From Pseudomonadota bacterium (GTDB lineage Bacteria > Pseudomonadota > Gammaproteobacteria > UBA4575), in the NCBI GenBank assembly GCA_009839635.1, contig VXPJ01000002.1, positions 1-41,328 of the forward strand: 41,328 nt of DNA, written 5' to 3'. Positions 16,716 through 25,163 of the stretch are shown here, piece by piece. The notes beneath the pieces were generated by a model. The model was not told where the DNA came from, made no database searches, and was given only the letters and a program-made list of their open reading frames with translations. The stretch's first letter is position 1. Each line of letters starts with the position of its first letter. The translations under genes and the position numbers were made by a program.

Positions 16716-18122
16716 GTGATGAACTCCATTCCCGGGATTGCGGAGTCTAGAATGTATTCGGATGTCAAATTGACGGAGTTTTTGACCACGCTACACATGT
16801 GGACCCAAAAAATTCGTGCCGGCGAACTTGCTGCACGCATCCCCGTTTTCCCCGAGTCAGAATTGTCCGAGTTGAGTCAGGATATCAACTTTGTTGCAGA
16901 GATGCTGGAGTCGCTGTCCAGAGATGCAGAGATCCAACTGCAGCGGCACACAGAACACATCGCACGCAAAAACAAGTCGCAGAAAACGCTGTATGACGTG
17001 GTCACAAGTATCAATATGTCACGCAACGTGCACGAACTGCTCACTCATTTTTTGCATACCATGAAGGAACTGGTAGATGCACGCGGGGCAGTTGTTTTTC
17101 TTGAAACGAAAAAGAACACCTATTCGCTAATCGCGGGGACCGGTATTGAGTCGACTCTCAAGGACAAACCTCCATTTTTGCCCGAGAGCATGGCCGATTC
17201 GAATGAGCAACAAACGGTTCCTATCCGGGTAGTGGCTTGTCCCTTGCAGATCAGCCGAGCCATTTTTGACGGCGAAAGACTTTCAGTGCTGGTTATTCCA
17301 TTGCAGTATCGTGGCAAGGTTCTGGGCGTATACAACCTGTACATCGAAGAGGACAAATTCAAAAATGATGGAGAGAATAGAGAGTTATTTACCAGCATGG
17401 GGCGTCACCTCGGCATCGCTGTAGAAAAAGCCCGCCTTGATGAAGAAGCCAAAGCCCTGTCTATCATGCGTGAAAGAACCAACATTGCCAACGAGCTGCA
17501 CGACTCACTTGCACAGACGCTGGCAAGTATCCGGTACCAGGTGCGGGTGCTGGATGAAACGATCCACCAGGGAGATGAGGCTGCGGCCTGGCAGGAGCTG
17601 GAACGCATAGAATCCACCATTGACGAGGCACATACAGAGTTGCGTGCACTCATTGCACATTTTCGACTGCCCATTGGCGAGCGCAGCCTCACCGTGTCTG
17701 TAGAGCAAGTCATTGAGCGGTTCAAACAAGACAGCGATGACATACAGGTATATCTGCAAAAAGAATGGCCGGACACCATGCTGCCGCCGCAGATCGAGTT
17801 GCAGGTACTGCGTGTGATCCAGGAAGCCCTCACCAATGTTCGCAAGCACAGTGAGGCAGGTACAGTGCGTGTACTCATGCGAGGTGACGGAGAGGGTCAC
17901 TATGCCGTTCTGGTTGAAGACGATGGCATCGGGATCACCGACCTTCAAAAACAAAACCCCGCCGGTGAACATGTTGGTATCAGTGTCATGCAGGACCGGG
18001 CTAACCGGATTGGTGGTACACTAACCGTGGATGGAGAACCGGGTGAAGGTGTACAGGTCCGCTTCGAATTTGATTACTTGCCGGATGGCGCACAAGAGAG
18101 TGTCCAGCACGAAATGGTGTGA
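16716..18122 (+). CDS. Soluble sensor histidine kinase with HAMP, GAF, HisKA_3 and HATPase domains (NarX/NarQ-like core).
   Basis: No transmembrane segment. HAMP-like stretch LTEFLTTLHMWTQKIRAGELAARIPVFPESELSELSQDINFVAEML. A GAF-sized middle region. H-box ERTNIANELHDSLAQTL, N-box EALTNVRKHS, and G-boxes VEDDGIGI and GEHVGISVMQDRA. Confidence 0.8.
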   Translation: MMNSIPGIAESRMYSDVKLTEFLTTLHMWTQKIRAGELAARIPVFPESELSELSQDINFVAEMLESLSRDAEIQLQRHTEHIARKNKSQKTLYDVVTSINMSRNVHELLTHFLHTMKELVDARGAVVFLETKKNTYSLIAGTGIESTLKDKPPFLPESMADSNEQQTVPIRVVACPLQISRAIFDGERLSVLVIPLQYRGKVLGVYNLYIEEDKFKNDGENRELFTSMGRHLGIAVEKARLDEEAKALSIMRERTNIANELHDSLAQTLASIRYQVRVLDETIHQGDEAAAWQELERIESTIDEAHTELRALIAHFRLPIGERSLTVSVEQVIERFKQDSDDIQVYLQKEWPDTMLPPQIELQVLRVIQEALTNVRKHSEAGTVRVLMRGDGEGHYAVLVEDDGIGITDLQKQNPAGEHVGISVMQDRANRIGGTLTVDGEPGEGVQVRFEFDYLPDGAQESVQHEMV

Positions 18123-18132
18123 GTCCTGAATC

Positions 18133-18876
18133 ATGGTTTCCAATATGAAGCTGCGCATTATTGTCATTGACGACCACACCTTGTTTCGTGAAGGGTTGCA
18201 GAGCCTGTTAAGTCGACACGGAATCGAGGTCGTTGCCTCGGTCAGTGATGGGCAGGAGGGTATCAGGCGGGCCCAGGAGCTTAAAAAGCAGCTGAAAGAA
18301 GCCAAGGAAAGTGGTGGGCAAGAGGAAATTAGAGCAGCCCAAGAGCAGCAGCCCGACATCGTGTTGCTGGACATGCGGATGCCTGGGATGTCTGGCCTCG
18401 ATGTGCTCAAACAGCTCCAGCACCTGAAATTTGGTGTTCCGGTTGTCATGTTGACGACCAGTGGTGATGAACGCGATTTGGTGGAAGCCTTACGCAATGG
18501 TGCCAAGGGTTATCTGCTGAAGGACATGGAGCCCGACAAAGTGGTTGCTGCGTTGCGCGAGATTGTCCGGGGCGAAACTGTTGTTGCACCGAATCTGGCC
18601 CAGATTCTGGCAAAGGTTGTCAAGGGAGAGGATCCTCTCGAATCCGAAATCAGCCCACTGGACAGCTTGACTCCACGCGAGCGCGAAATCTTGAGTCTAT
18701 TGGCTGAAGGTCAGAGCAACAAGGTCATCGCCAGAAACCTGGGCATTTCGGATGGCACGGTCAAGCTCCACGTCAAGGCCATTTTAAGAAAGCTGAACAT
18801 CCATTCGCGTGTGGAGGCGGCAGTGATTGCAGTGGAGCAGGGGCTTCGGGCTAAGAAAACATACGCGAGCAACTAG
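18133..18876 (+). CDS. NarL/FixJ-family response regulator (REC domain plus LuxR-type HTH).
   Basis: REC motifs IVIDDH, VLLDMRMPGMSG and MLTTSGD. The HTH region reads LTPREREILSLLAEGQSNKVIARNLGISDGTVKLHVKAILRKL. The alternative start at 18145 gives MKLRIIV. Confidence 0.9.
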   Translation: MVSNMKLRIIVIDDHTLFREGLQSLLSRHGIEVVASVSDGQEGIRRAQELKKQLKEAKESGGQEEIRAAQEQQPDIVLLDMRMPGMSGLDVLKQLQHLKFGVPVVMLTTSGDERDLVEALRNGAKGYLLKDMEPDKVVAALREIVRGETVVAPNLAQILAKVVKGEDPLESEISPLDSLTPREREILSLLAEGQSNKVIARNLGISDGTVKLHVKAILRKLNIHSRVEAAVIAVEQGLRAKKTYASN

Positions 18877-18927
18877 AGATCCCCATTTTCAGGCAACACC
18901 TGCCGGATTTTCTGGAAACGGATACCC

Positions 18928-19407
18928 GTGAAGACATTCAAGCAGCTTGTTTCCGAGCACGAAAGGCTGATTGATGAAATCATGCCCTGGGACCTTGAGC
19001 AGAAGCTTTCAGGCGATCATCAACCCCTGGTTCTGGATATCCGCGAACCCGAAGAGTTTGCCGCAATGCATATTGCCTGGTCTGTCAATGTGCCCAGGGG
19101 AATCCTGGAGGCCGCGTGCGACTATGGCTATAGCGAGACCCTGCCTGTACTTGCTGGAGCCCGGGCAAGGGAAGTCGTAGTGGTCTGCCGGTCCGGCAAT
19201 CGCAGTGTGCTGGCGGCCTACACCATGCAGCTGATGGGCTATAAAAATGTTGTTTCGTTGAAAACGGGCCTGAAGGGGTGGAACGACTATGAGCAGCCTC
19301 TGGTTGACCAGGACCACGAGAAGGTGGACCAAGATCGTGCAGAAGTATTTCTCAGTCCCAAGGTCGAAGCTGAACAGCAGCGGGTACTGCAACCAGAAGA
19401 AGGCTGA
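18928..19407 (+). CDS. Single-domain rhodanese-like sulfurtransferase.
   Basis: Active-site loop VVCRSGNRS and a rhodanese fold context (LVLDIREPEEF...GWN). GTG start. Confidence 0.8.
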   Translation: MKTFKQLVSEHERLIDEIMPWDLEQKLSGDHQPLVLDIREPEEFAAMHIAWSVNVPRGILEAACDYGYSETLPVLAGARAREVVVVCRSGNRSVLAAYTMQLMGYKNVVSLKTGLKGWNDYEQPLVDQDHEKVDQDRAEVFLSPKVEAEQQRVLQPEEG

Positions 19408-19427
19408 CCCGAATACGGTTTTCAGCC
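19402..19427. terminator. Hairpin spanning the stop codons of the two convergent genes; a possible bidirectional terminator.
   Basis: GGCTGA (19402-19407) pairs with TCAGCC (19422-19427) across a 14-nt loop. The stem is 6 bp and there is no clear U-tract. Confidence 0.2.
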
Positions 19428-19775
19428 GTAGTGCTTGTGGTCCTTACGGCGTACCCCTGAGCGCTGGACGATGACACCCCGGATCGCTTCGATCCCGGGA
19501 ACCTCTATTTCTTCATACCCCTCATTCAGAGCTCTCAGCACGTAGCGGCTATCTTCGATGACCAGCTGACGGAAAATATATTCTCCGTCGACCATGGCCA
19601 GCACGTAGCAGCCACTTTCCACAGCTGCCGCCGAATCAATGATGATGATGTTTCCGTCCCTGAACTCGGGCTCCATGCTGTCGCCCAAGACGCGCAGGGC
19701 AAACGGCTCAGAATTGGCGCATCCGCCATGATCGGCGAGGTCAGCCTGCAGGGGGATGTCTTCTGGATCAGCCAT
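19422..19775 (-). CDS. S24-family (LexA/UmuD C-terminal domain) protein without a DNA-binding domain.
   Basis: GDSMEP serine motif, then GNIIIIDSAA...GCYVLAMVDGEYIFRQL, collinear with UmuD (GDSM...VIAAVDGEFTVKKL). Start is the ATG at 19775 (117 aa) or at 19829 (135 aa). The longer track ORF to 19988 runs through the AT-rich nrdA promoter region. Confidence 0.65.
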   Translation of the reverse strand: MADPEDIPLQADLADHGGCANSEPFALRVLGDSMEPEFRDGNIIIIDSAAAVESGCYVLAMVDGEYIFRQLVIEDSRYVLRALNEGYEEIEVPGIEAIRGVIVQRSGVRRKDHKHYG

Positions 19776-19920
19776 CAGTTGATTGTATCGCGAACAAACG
19801 CAGCCATCTTGCCCTAGTCTTATGCACATCTCATTAAAAAATTTTATGAATTTGTTGTGTATAAGCCCTGAGTAATCCCTGGATAACTCACTCAACTGCT
19901 TGTGCTTGAACCTTATATCA

Positions 19921-19936
19921 ACACAATATATAGTGT
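19921..19936 (+). promoter_or_regulatory. NrdR box upstream of nrdA.
   Basis: ACACAATATATAGTGT fits the published NrdR-box consensus acaCwAtATaTwGtgt at every position. It lies ~120 bp upstream of the nrdA ATG in an AT-rich intergenic region. Confidence 0.6.
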
Positions 19937-20057
19937 GTGCAGCTACTCCTTTCATTCTATTACTCGATAAAGCTCCGAAGAGAGCCAACAGTAGGAATGA
20001 GGGGGGCTGACAAAACCAATATTTACAAGCACGTTTACCAGAGGATCAAGGGATCGG

Positions 20058-22946
20058 ATGCAGCCAGAATTTGCCACTGCTATTAACCCAGAAATCGACC
20101 AACCAGAAGGTCCTGTTGAGGCAAATGATCCACAAGTTGCAATCACTTCGCCCGAGCGATACCGCGTAATCCGTCGCAACGGTAAAGTTACCGGTTTTGA
20201 CCGCGAGAAAATCAAGGTTGCGGTCACCAAAGCCTTCCTTGCAGTCGAGGGCGGAAATGCCGCAGCTTCTTCCCGTATCCATGAGATGGTCGAGAGAATT
20301 ACCGAGAAGGTCTTTTATGCGCTTTCTCGCAGTCGACCCCAAGGCGGGACATTCCATATAGAAGATATCCAGGATCAGGTCGAGCTGGCACTTATGCGCT
20401 ATGGCCAGCACAAGATTGCCCGTGCGTATGTGCTGTACCGTGAAGAGCGTGCAAAGGCACGCGCGGCACAGCGCGCTGAAAAGTACACACTGCAGGAAGC
20501 CGGAGAGACACCCTCTCAGGTCATGGACGTGACGGATGCAGACGGCAATCTCAAATCGCTGGATATTGAACGTCTTACGCGCATGGTCGCCGAAGCATGT
20601 GCAGAAACCAAGGATGTCCAAGCCCAGTCAATTGTCGATGAGGCGCTGCGTAGCCTGTATGACGGCATCCCCGAAAAGGAAGTGGGCACTGCCCTGACCA
20701 TGAGTGCACGCACCCTGATTGAGCAAGAGCCCAATTACACGTATGTTGCCGCACGCCTCTTGCTGGACAGCCTGCGTCGTGAGGTACTCAGTTTTATATA
20801 TGGGGTCCCTACCGAGGCAACATTCAAGGAGATGACACTCCAGTATGCGGACTACTTTGAACACTATGTTCGAAAGGTTACGGAGCTTGGGCTTCTGGAT
20901 GAAAAACTTGCTTCCGAGTATGACCTGAAGAGACTCGGCGAGGCGATCAAGCCGGAGCGTGACCATCAGTTTACGTACCTTGGCATGCAGACCCTGTACG
21001 ACCGTTATTTCATTCAAAGCGAAGGGGTCCGGGTAGAGCTGCCGCAAGCCTTCTTCATGCGTGTTGCCATGGGTCTGGCCATAAACGAAGTGGACCGTGA
21101 AGACCGCACCATCGAGTTTTATAACTTGCTGTCGTCTTTTGATTTCATGAGCTCGACACCCACCTTGTTCAACTCAGGCACCCTGCGCTCACAGCTATCC
21201 TCGTGCTATCTCAGCACCGTACCAGATGACCTGTATGGCATCTTCGAGGCGATTCGGGATGATGCCATGTTGTCCAAATTTGCAGGAGGCTTGGGGAATG
21301 ACTGGTCCCGGGTGCGCGCCATGGGCTCACACATCAAGGGCACGAATGGCAAATCCCAGGGCGTGGTTCCTTTTCTTAAGGTTGCCAACGACACCGCGGT
21401 GGCCGTAAATCAGGGCGGCAAGCGCAAGGGTGCCATGTGTGCCTATCTGGAAACCTGGCATCTGGACATCGAGGAATTCCTGGAGTTGCGCAAGAACACG
21501 GGGGACGACCGCCGTCGCACACACGATATGAACACTGCCAACTGGGTACCGGATTTGTTCATGAAGCGCGTCAGCGAAGAGCAGCAATGGACCCTGTTCT
21601 CACCACATGAAGTGCCTGAGTTACACGATCTGTGCAGTACCGAGTTTGAGGCGTGCTACGAAGAATATGAGCAAAAAGCCAAGCGTGGTGAGATCAAGAA
21701 TTTCAAAAAGGTAAACGCGGTTGATCTGTGGCGCAAGATGCTTGGCATGTTGTATGAAACCGGCCATCCGTGGCTCACATTCAAGGATCCCTGCAACCTG
21801 CGTTCTCCCCAGCAGCATGTTGGTGTAGTGCACTCGTCCAACCTGTGTACGGAAATCACCCTGAATACCGATGATGAGGAAATCGCTGTATGTAACCTGG
21901 GCTCTGTCAACCTCGCCGCGCATGTCGATGAAAACGGCCTGAATCTCGAAAAGCTGGAACAGACTGTCTCCACGGCCATACGTATGCTGGACAACGTGAT
22001 CGAGTACAACTACTACAGTGTGCCCAAAGCGCGCCGCTCCAATTTTCGCCATCGGCCCATTGGGCTGGGAATAATGGGTTTTCAGGATGCCCTGTATAAA
22101 CAACGCATCGCGTATGAAAGCGATGATGCTACCGAGTTTGCTGATCGCTCGATGGAAGCGGTTAGCTACTATGCCATCAAGGCGTCGACCCATCTGGCAG
22201 AAGAGCGCGGGACCTACCCGACGTTCGAGGGGTCGCTCTGGGCGCAGGGGATTCTACCCATCGATTCGATTGAACTTCTGGCCGAAGGGCGGGGCGGCTA
22301 CCTGAAACAGGATCGCTCTTCCACCATGGACTGGAACAGCTTGCGCCAGCGTGTGCAAGAAGTCGGAATGCGCAATTCTAACACCATGGCGATTGCCCCG
22401 ACTGCCACCATTTCCAATATTTGTGGTGTGACGCAAAGCATTGAGCCCACGTACCAGAACCTGTTTGTAAAGTCGAATTTGTCGGGAGAATTTACGGTCA
22501 GTAACCCCTATCTGGTTGCGGATTTAAAAGCCAATGGTCTCTGGGATGAAGTCATGGTCAATGACCTCAAGTACTTCGATGGGAGTGTGCAGTCCATAGA
22601 CCGTATTCCTGGTGAACTGAAAAGCATTTATGCGACTGCATTTGAGATTGACCCGCGTTGGTTGGTTGAGGCCGCGTCACGTCGGCAGAAATGGATTGAC
22701 CAAGCGCAGTCACTCAATCTTTACATGGCCGAGCCATCCGGCCAGAAGCTGGATAACCTGTACAAGCTTGCTTGGGTACGGGGTTTGAAAACAACGTATT
22801 ACCTGCGTTCTATGGGTGCTACACATGTGGAAAAAAGTACTGTCCAAGGTCGGGAAAACAAACTTAATGCCGTGAAGAATAATGGCAACGGTAGCGCGCC
22901 TGATGCCTGCTCGATTCTGGACCCTGATTGTGAGGCTTGCCAGTAG
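20058..22946 (+). CDS. nrdA: Class Ia ribonucleoside-diphosphate reductase alpha subunit.
   Basis: 962 aa. ATP-cone VIRRNGKVTGFDREKIKVAVTKAF, catalytic region SSCYLS...NLCTEI, and a C-terminal CxxC-type tail (DPDCEACQ). The long N-terminus is as in Pseudomonas-type NrdA. Confidence 0.95.
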   Translation: MQPEFATAINPEIDQPEGPVEANDPQVAITSPERYRVIRRNGKVTGFDREKIKVAVTKAFLAVEGGNAAASSRIHEMVERITEKVFYALSRSRPQGGTFHIEDIQDQVELALMRYGQHKIARAYVLYREERAKARAAQRAEKYTLQEAGETPSQVMDVTDADGNLKSLDIERLTRMVAEACAETKDVQAQSIVDEALRSLYDGIPEKEVGTALTMSARTLIEQEPNYTYVAARLLLDSLRREVLSFIYGVPTEATFKEMTLQYADYFEHYVRKVTELGLLDEKLASEYDLKRLGEAIKPERDHQFTYLGMQTLYDRYFIQSEGVRVELPQAFFMRVAMGLAINEVDREDRTIEFYNLLSSFDFMSSTPTLFNSGTLRSQLSSCYLSTVPDDLYGIFEAIRDDAMLSKFAGGLGNDWSRVRAMGSHIKGTNGKSQGVVPFLKVANDTAVAVNQGGKRKGAMCAYLETWHLDIEEFLELRKNTGDDRRRTHDMNTANWVPDLFMKRVSEEQQWTLFSPHEVPELHDLCSTEFEACYEEYEQKAKRGEIKNFKKVNAVDLWRKMLGMLYETGHPWLTFKDPCNLRSPQQHVGVVHSSNLCTEITLNTDDEEIAVCNLGSVNLAAHVDENGLNLEKLEQTVSTAIRMLDNVIEYNYYSVPKARRSNFRHRPIGLGIMGFQDALYKQRIAYESDDATEFADRSMEAVSYYAIKASTHLAEERGTYPTFEGSLWAQGILPIDSIELLAEGRGGYLKQDRSSTMDWNSLRQRVQEVGMRNSNTMAIAPTATISNICGVTQSIEPTYQNLFVKSNLSGEFTVSNPYLVADLKANGLWDEVMVNDLKYFDGSVQSIDRIPGELKSIYATAFEIDPRWLVEAASRRQKWIDQAQSLNLYMAEPSGQKLDNLYKLAWVRGLKTTYYLRSMGATHVEKSTVQGRENKLNAVKNNGNGSAPDACSILDPDCEACQ

Positions 22947-22976
22947 GCGGTAATAACTATGGAGGGGGAAGCTGTT

Positions 22977-24167
22977 ATGCAAAGCTGGGAAGACCCGATC
23001 GCCGATACGCGAACCAACACGTCAAGCGTTACCGCACCTGCAGTTTTTGTGGACCCGCAGGTCCTGGACGCACGACGGGCACCGACCGAACAGCCTGAAG
23101 GCCAGGAGCGGCACGAAGGCGTTACCGGTCTGGAAAGCATCGAAAGAGGTGCTGGTCGTATCCAGGTCGATGACAAAAAAATCATCAATTGCCGTGCTGA
23201 TCTGAATCAACTGGTGCCCTTCAAGTACGAGTGGGCTTGGCAGAAATACCTGGATGGATGTGCCAATCACTGGATGCCCCAGGAAATCAACATGACGGCC
23301 GACATAGCGCTGTGGAAAGACCCGGATGGACTGACCGAAGATGAACGCACCATCATCAAACGCAATCTGGGGTTTTTCTCCACTGCAGACTCGCTGGTCG
23401 CGAACAATCTGGTACTGGCTGTGTACCGGCACATCACCAACCCGGAATGCCGGCAGTATCTGTTGCGCCAGGCTTTTGAAGAAGCCGTCCATACGCATGC
23501 TTACCAGTATTGTATCGAGTCCCTGGGTCTGGATGAGGGCGAAGTGTTCAATATGTATCGGGAATTGCCGGCGGTTGCCCGCAAGGCCGAATGGGCATTG
23601 CCGTATACCAACAGTCTGGGTGATCCGAACTTCAGAACCGGTACCGCAGAAGACGATCAACGGTTACTGAGAGACCTTATTGCATTTTATGTGGTGTTCG
23701 AAGGCATCTTCTTCTACGTGGGTTTTGTGCAGATTCTTTCCATGGGTCGCCGGAACAAGATGACAGGGGTCGCCGAACAGTTTCAATACATCCTGCGCGA
23801 CGAGTCCATGCATATGAATTTCGGCATTGATGTGATCAACCAGATCAAGATGGAAAACCCGCATCTATGGACGGAAAGTTTCCAGCAGGAAATCGTCAAG
23901 CTCATTCAGCAGGGCGTAGAGCTTGAGGTCCAGTATGCCCGTGACACCATGCCGCGTGGCATTCTCGGCTTGAATGCTCCCATGTTTGAGGAATATCTGA
24001 AATTCATCGCCAACCGGCGCTGTGCACAGATCGGCTTGTCGCAACAGTATGCTGGAGTAGGCAATCCCTTCCCATGGATGTCAGAAATATTGGATCTGAA
24101 AAAAGAAAAGAACTTTTTTGAAACCCGGGTGACCGAATATCAAACTGGAGGAGCTCTTACCTGGTAA
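22977..24167 (+). CDS. nrdB: Class Ia ribonucleotide reductase beta subunit.
   Basis: [34 protein letters not shown], and the di-iron/tyrosyl motifs [10 protein letters not shown] and DESMH. The start at 22977 is preceded by GGAGGGGG; the track ORF begins at 22959. Confidence 0.95.
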   Translation: MQSWEDPIADTRTNTSSVTAPAVFVDPQVLDARRAPTEQPEGQERHEGVTGLESIERGAGRIQVDDKKIINCRADLNQLVPFKYEWAWQKYLDGCANHWMPQEINMTADIALWKDPDGLTEDERTIIKRNLGFFSTADSLVANNLVLAVYRHITNPECRQYLLRQAFEEAVHTHAYQYCIESLGLDEGEVFNMYRELPAVARKAEWALPYTNSLGDPNFRTGTAEDDQRLLRDLIAFYVVFEGIFFYVGFVQILSMGRRNKMTGVAEQFQYILRDESMHMNFGIDVINQIKMENPHLWTESFQQEIVKLIQQGVELEVQYARDTMPRGILGLNAPMFEEYLKFIANRRCAQIGLSQQYAGVGNPFPWMSEILDLKKEKNFFETRVTEYQTGGALTW

Positions 24168-24222
24168 GAGTCAGGGCCGATTCTCGGCGTTATGGGGCCA
24201 CCACTCATGGTGGTTGTATTAA

Positions 24223-24247
24223 GGGAGCGCCCTGCTCCCTTTTTTTA
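24223..24247 (+). terminator. Rho-independent terminator of nrdAB.
   Basis: GGGAGC (24223-24228), loop GCCCT, GCTCCC (24234-24239), followed by TTTTTTT. An additional upstream hairpin is CCACCActcaTGGTGG. Confidence 0.7.
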
Positions 24248-24354
24248 TGCGCTACCAAATGCAGACAGCAGCAGTCGCATGCCAAGTGACAGGACCAAAA
24301 TGATAGGTGCCCGTAAGATAAGGTAGAATTTCATCACCACAATAAGTACAGAGA

Positions 24355-25068
24355 ATGAACGTGTATGACTTTGATAGTCAGGTAGCAGTGGTTACCGGGG
24401 CCGCTGGCAACCTCGGTAGCACCGTAGCGAAGCTTTTCCATCGTGCAGGTGCGAAACTGGCGCTGGTTGACATCGGTTTTAATCGCTCACAACAGGCTTC
24501 TTGGCGGCGTGCGGAGAATGTTGGCTTGTTTGAGGCCGACCTGACCGATGTGAACCAGGTGAATCATTCGGTGGACCAAGTCATACAGCGTTTTCGACGC
24601 ATCGATATCCTTGCCAATGTTGCCGGAGGATTCAGGATGGGGCCCCTTGTGCACGAGACGCCGGTGCAGGACTGGGATTTCATGCTGGACATGAATGCGA
24701 AAAGTGTATTTCTCATGTGCCGCGCGATTATCCCGCACATGCTGAAAAGGAAAAAGGGCAGGGTCGTGAATGTGGCTGCACGTGCAGCAGTAGAAGGAAA
24801 GGCGAGAATGGCACCTTACTGTATCAGTAAGGCAGCTGTGATCACCCTCACCCAAAGTCTGGCGGCAGAGCACAAGCACAACAACATCAATGTGAATTGC
24901 ATTTTGCCGGGAACCATTGATACCCTGCAGAACCGCGCGGACATGCCGGGCAGCAATTTCAGCAACTGGGTACCACCTGCTGAACTGGCTAATGAAATTC
25001 TGCATCTTTGTTCAAAGCAGGCCAACGGGGTGACGGGTGCAGCCGTTCCTGTGTACGGTAAAAGCTAG
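24355..25068 (+). CDS. Short-chain dehydrogenase/reductase (SDR).
   Basis: VTGAAGNLG cofactor motif, NVAG, and the catalytic YCISKAAV (YxxxK). Confidence 0.85.
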   Translation: MNVYDFDSQVAVVTGAAGNLGSTVAKLFHRAGAKLALVDIGFNRSQQASWRRAENVGLFEADLTDVNQVNHSVDQVIQRFRRIDILANVAGGFRMGPLVHETPVQDWDFMLDMNAKSVFLMCRAIIPHMLKRKKGRVVNVAARAAVEGKARMAPYCISKAAVITLTQSLAAEHKHNNINVNCILPGTIDTLQNRADMPGSNFSNWVPPAELANEILHLCSKQANGVTGAAVPVYGKS

Positions 25069-25163
25069 ATAATGTATCCTGCGCATCTACTCTAATTCGC
25101 CAACCTTGGGAACCCATAAAGATTATTTGACCCCAAGGCCGGGTGACAGCCTGGATACACATC

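Noticed and set aside
19776-19988. N-terminal extension of the S24 ORF to 188 aa.
   Set aside because: The extension runs through the AT-rich nrdA promoter region, including the NrdR box, and resembles no LexA/CI DNA-binding domain. The shorter starts at 19775 or 19829 are more plausible.
24168-24354. Possible cobalamin riboswitch (GGTGG...AAGGGAG) between nrdB and the SDR.
   Set aside because: The GC hairpin followed by T7 is better explained as the nrdAB terminator. No B12-box-like element was seen, and the region is separated from btuB by a whole gene.
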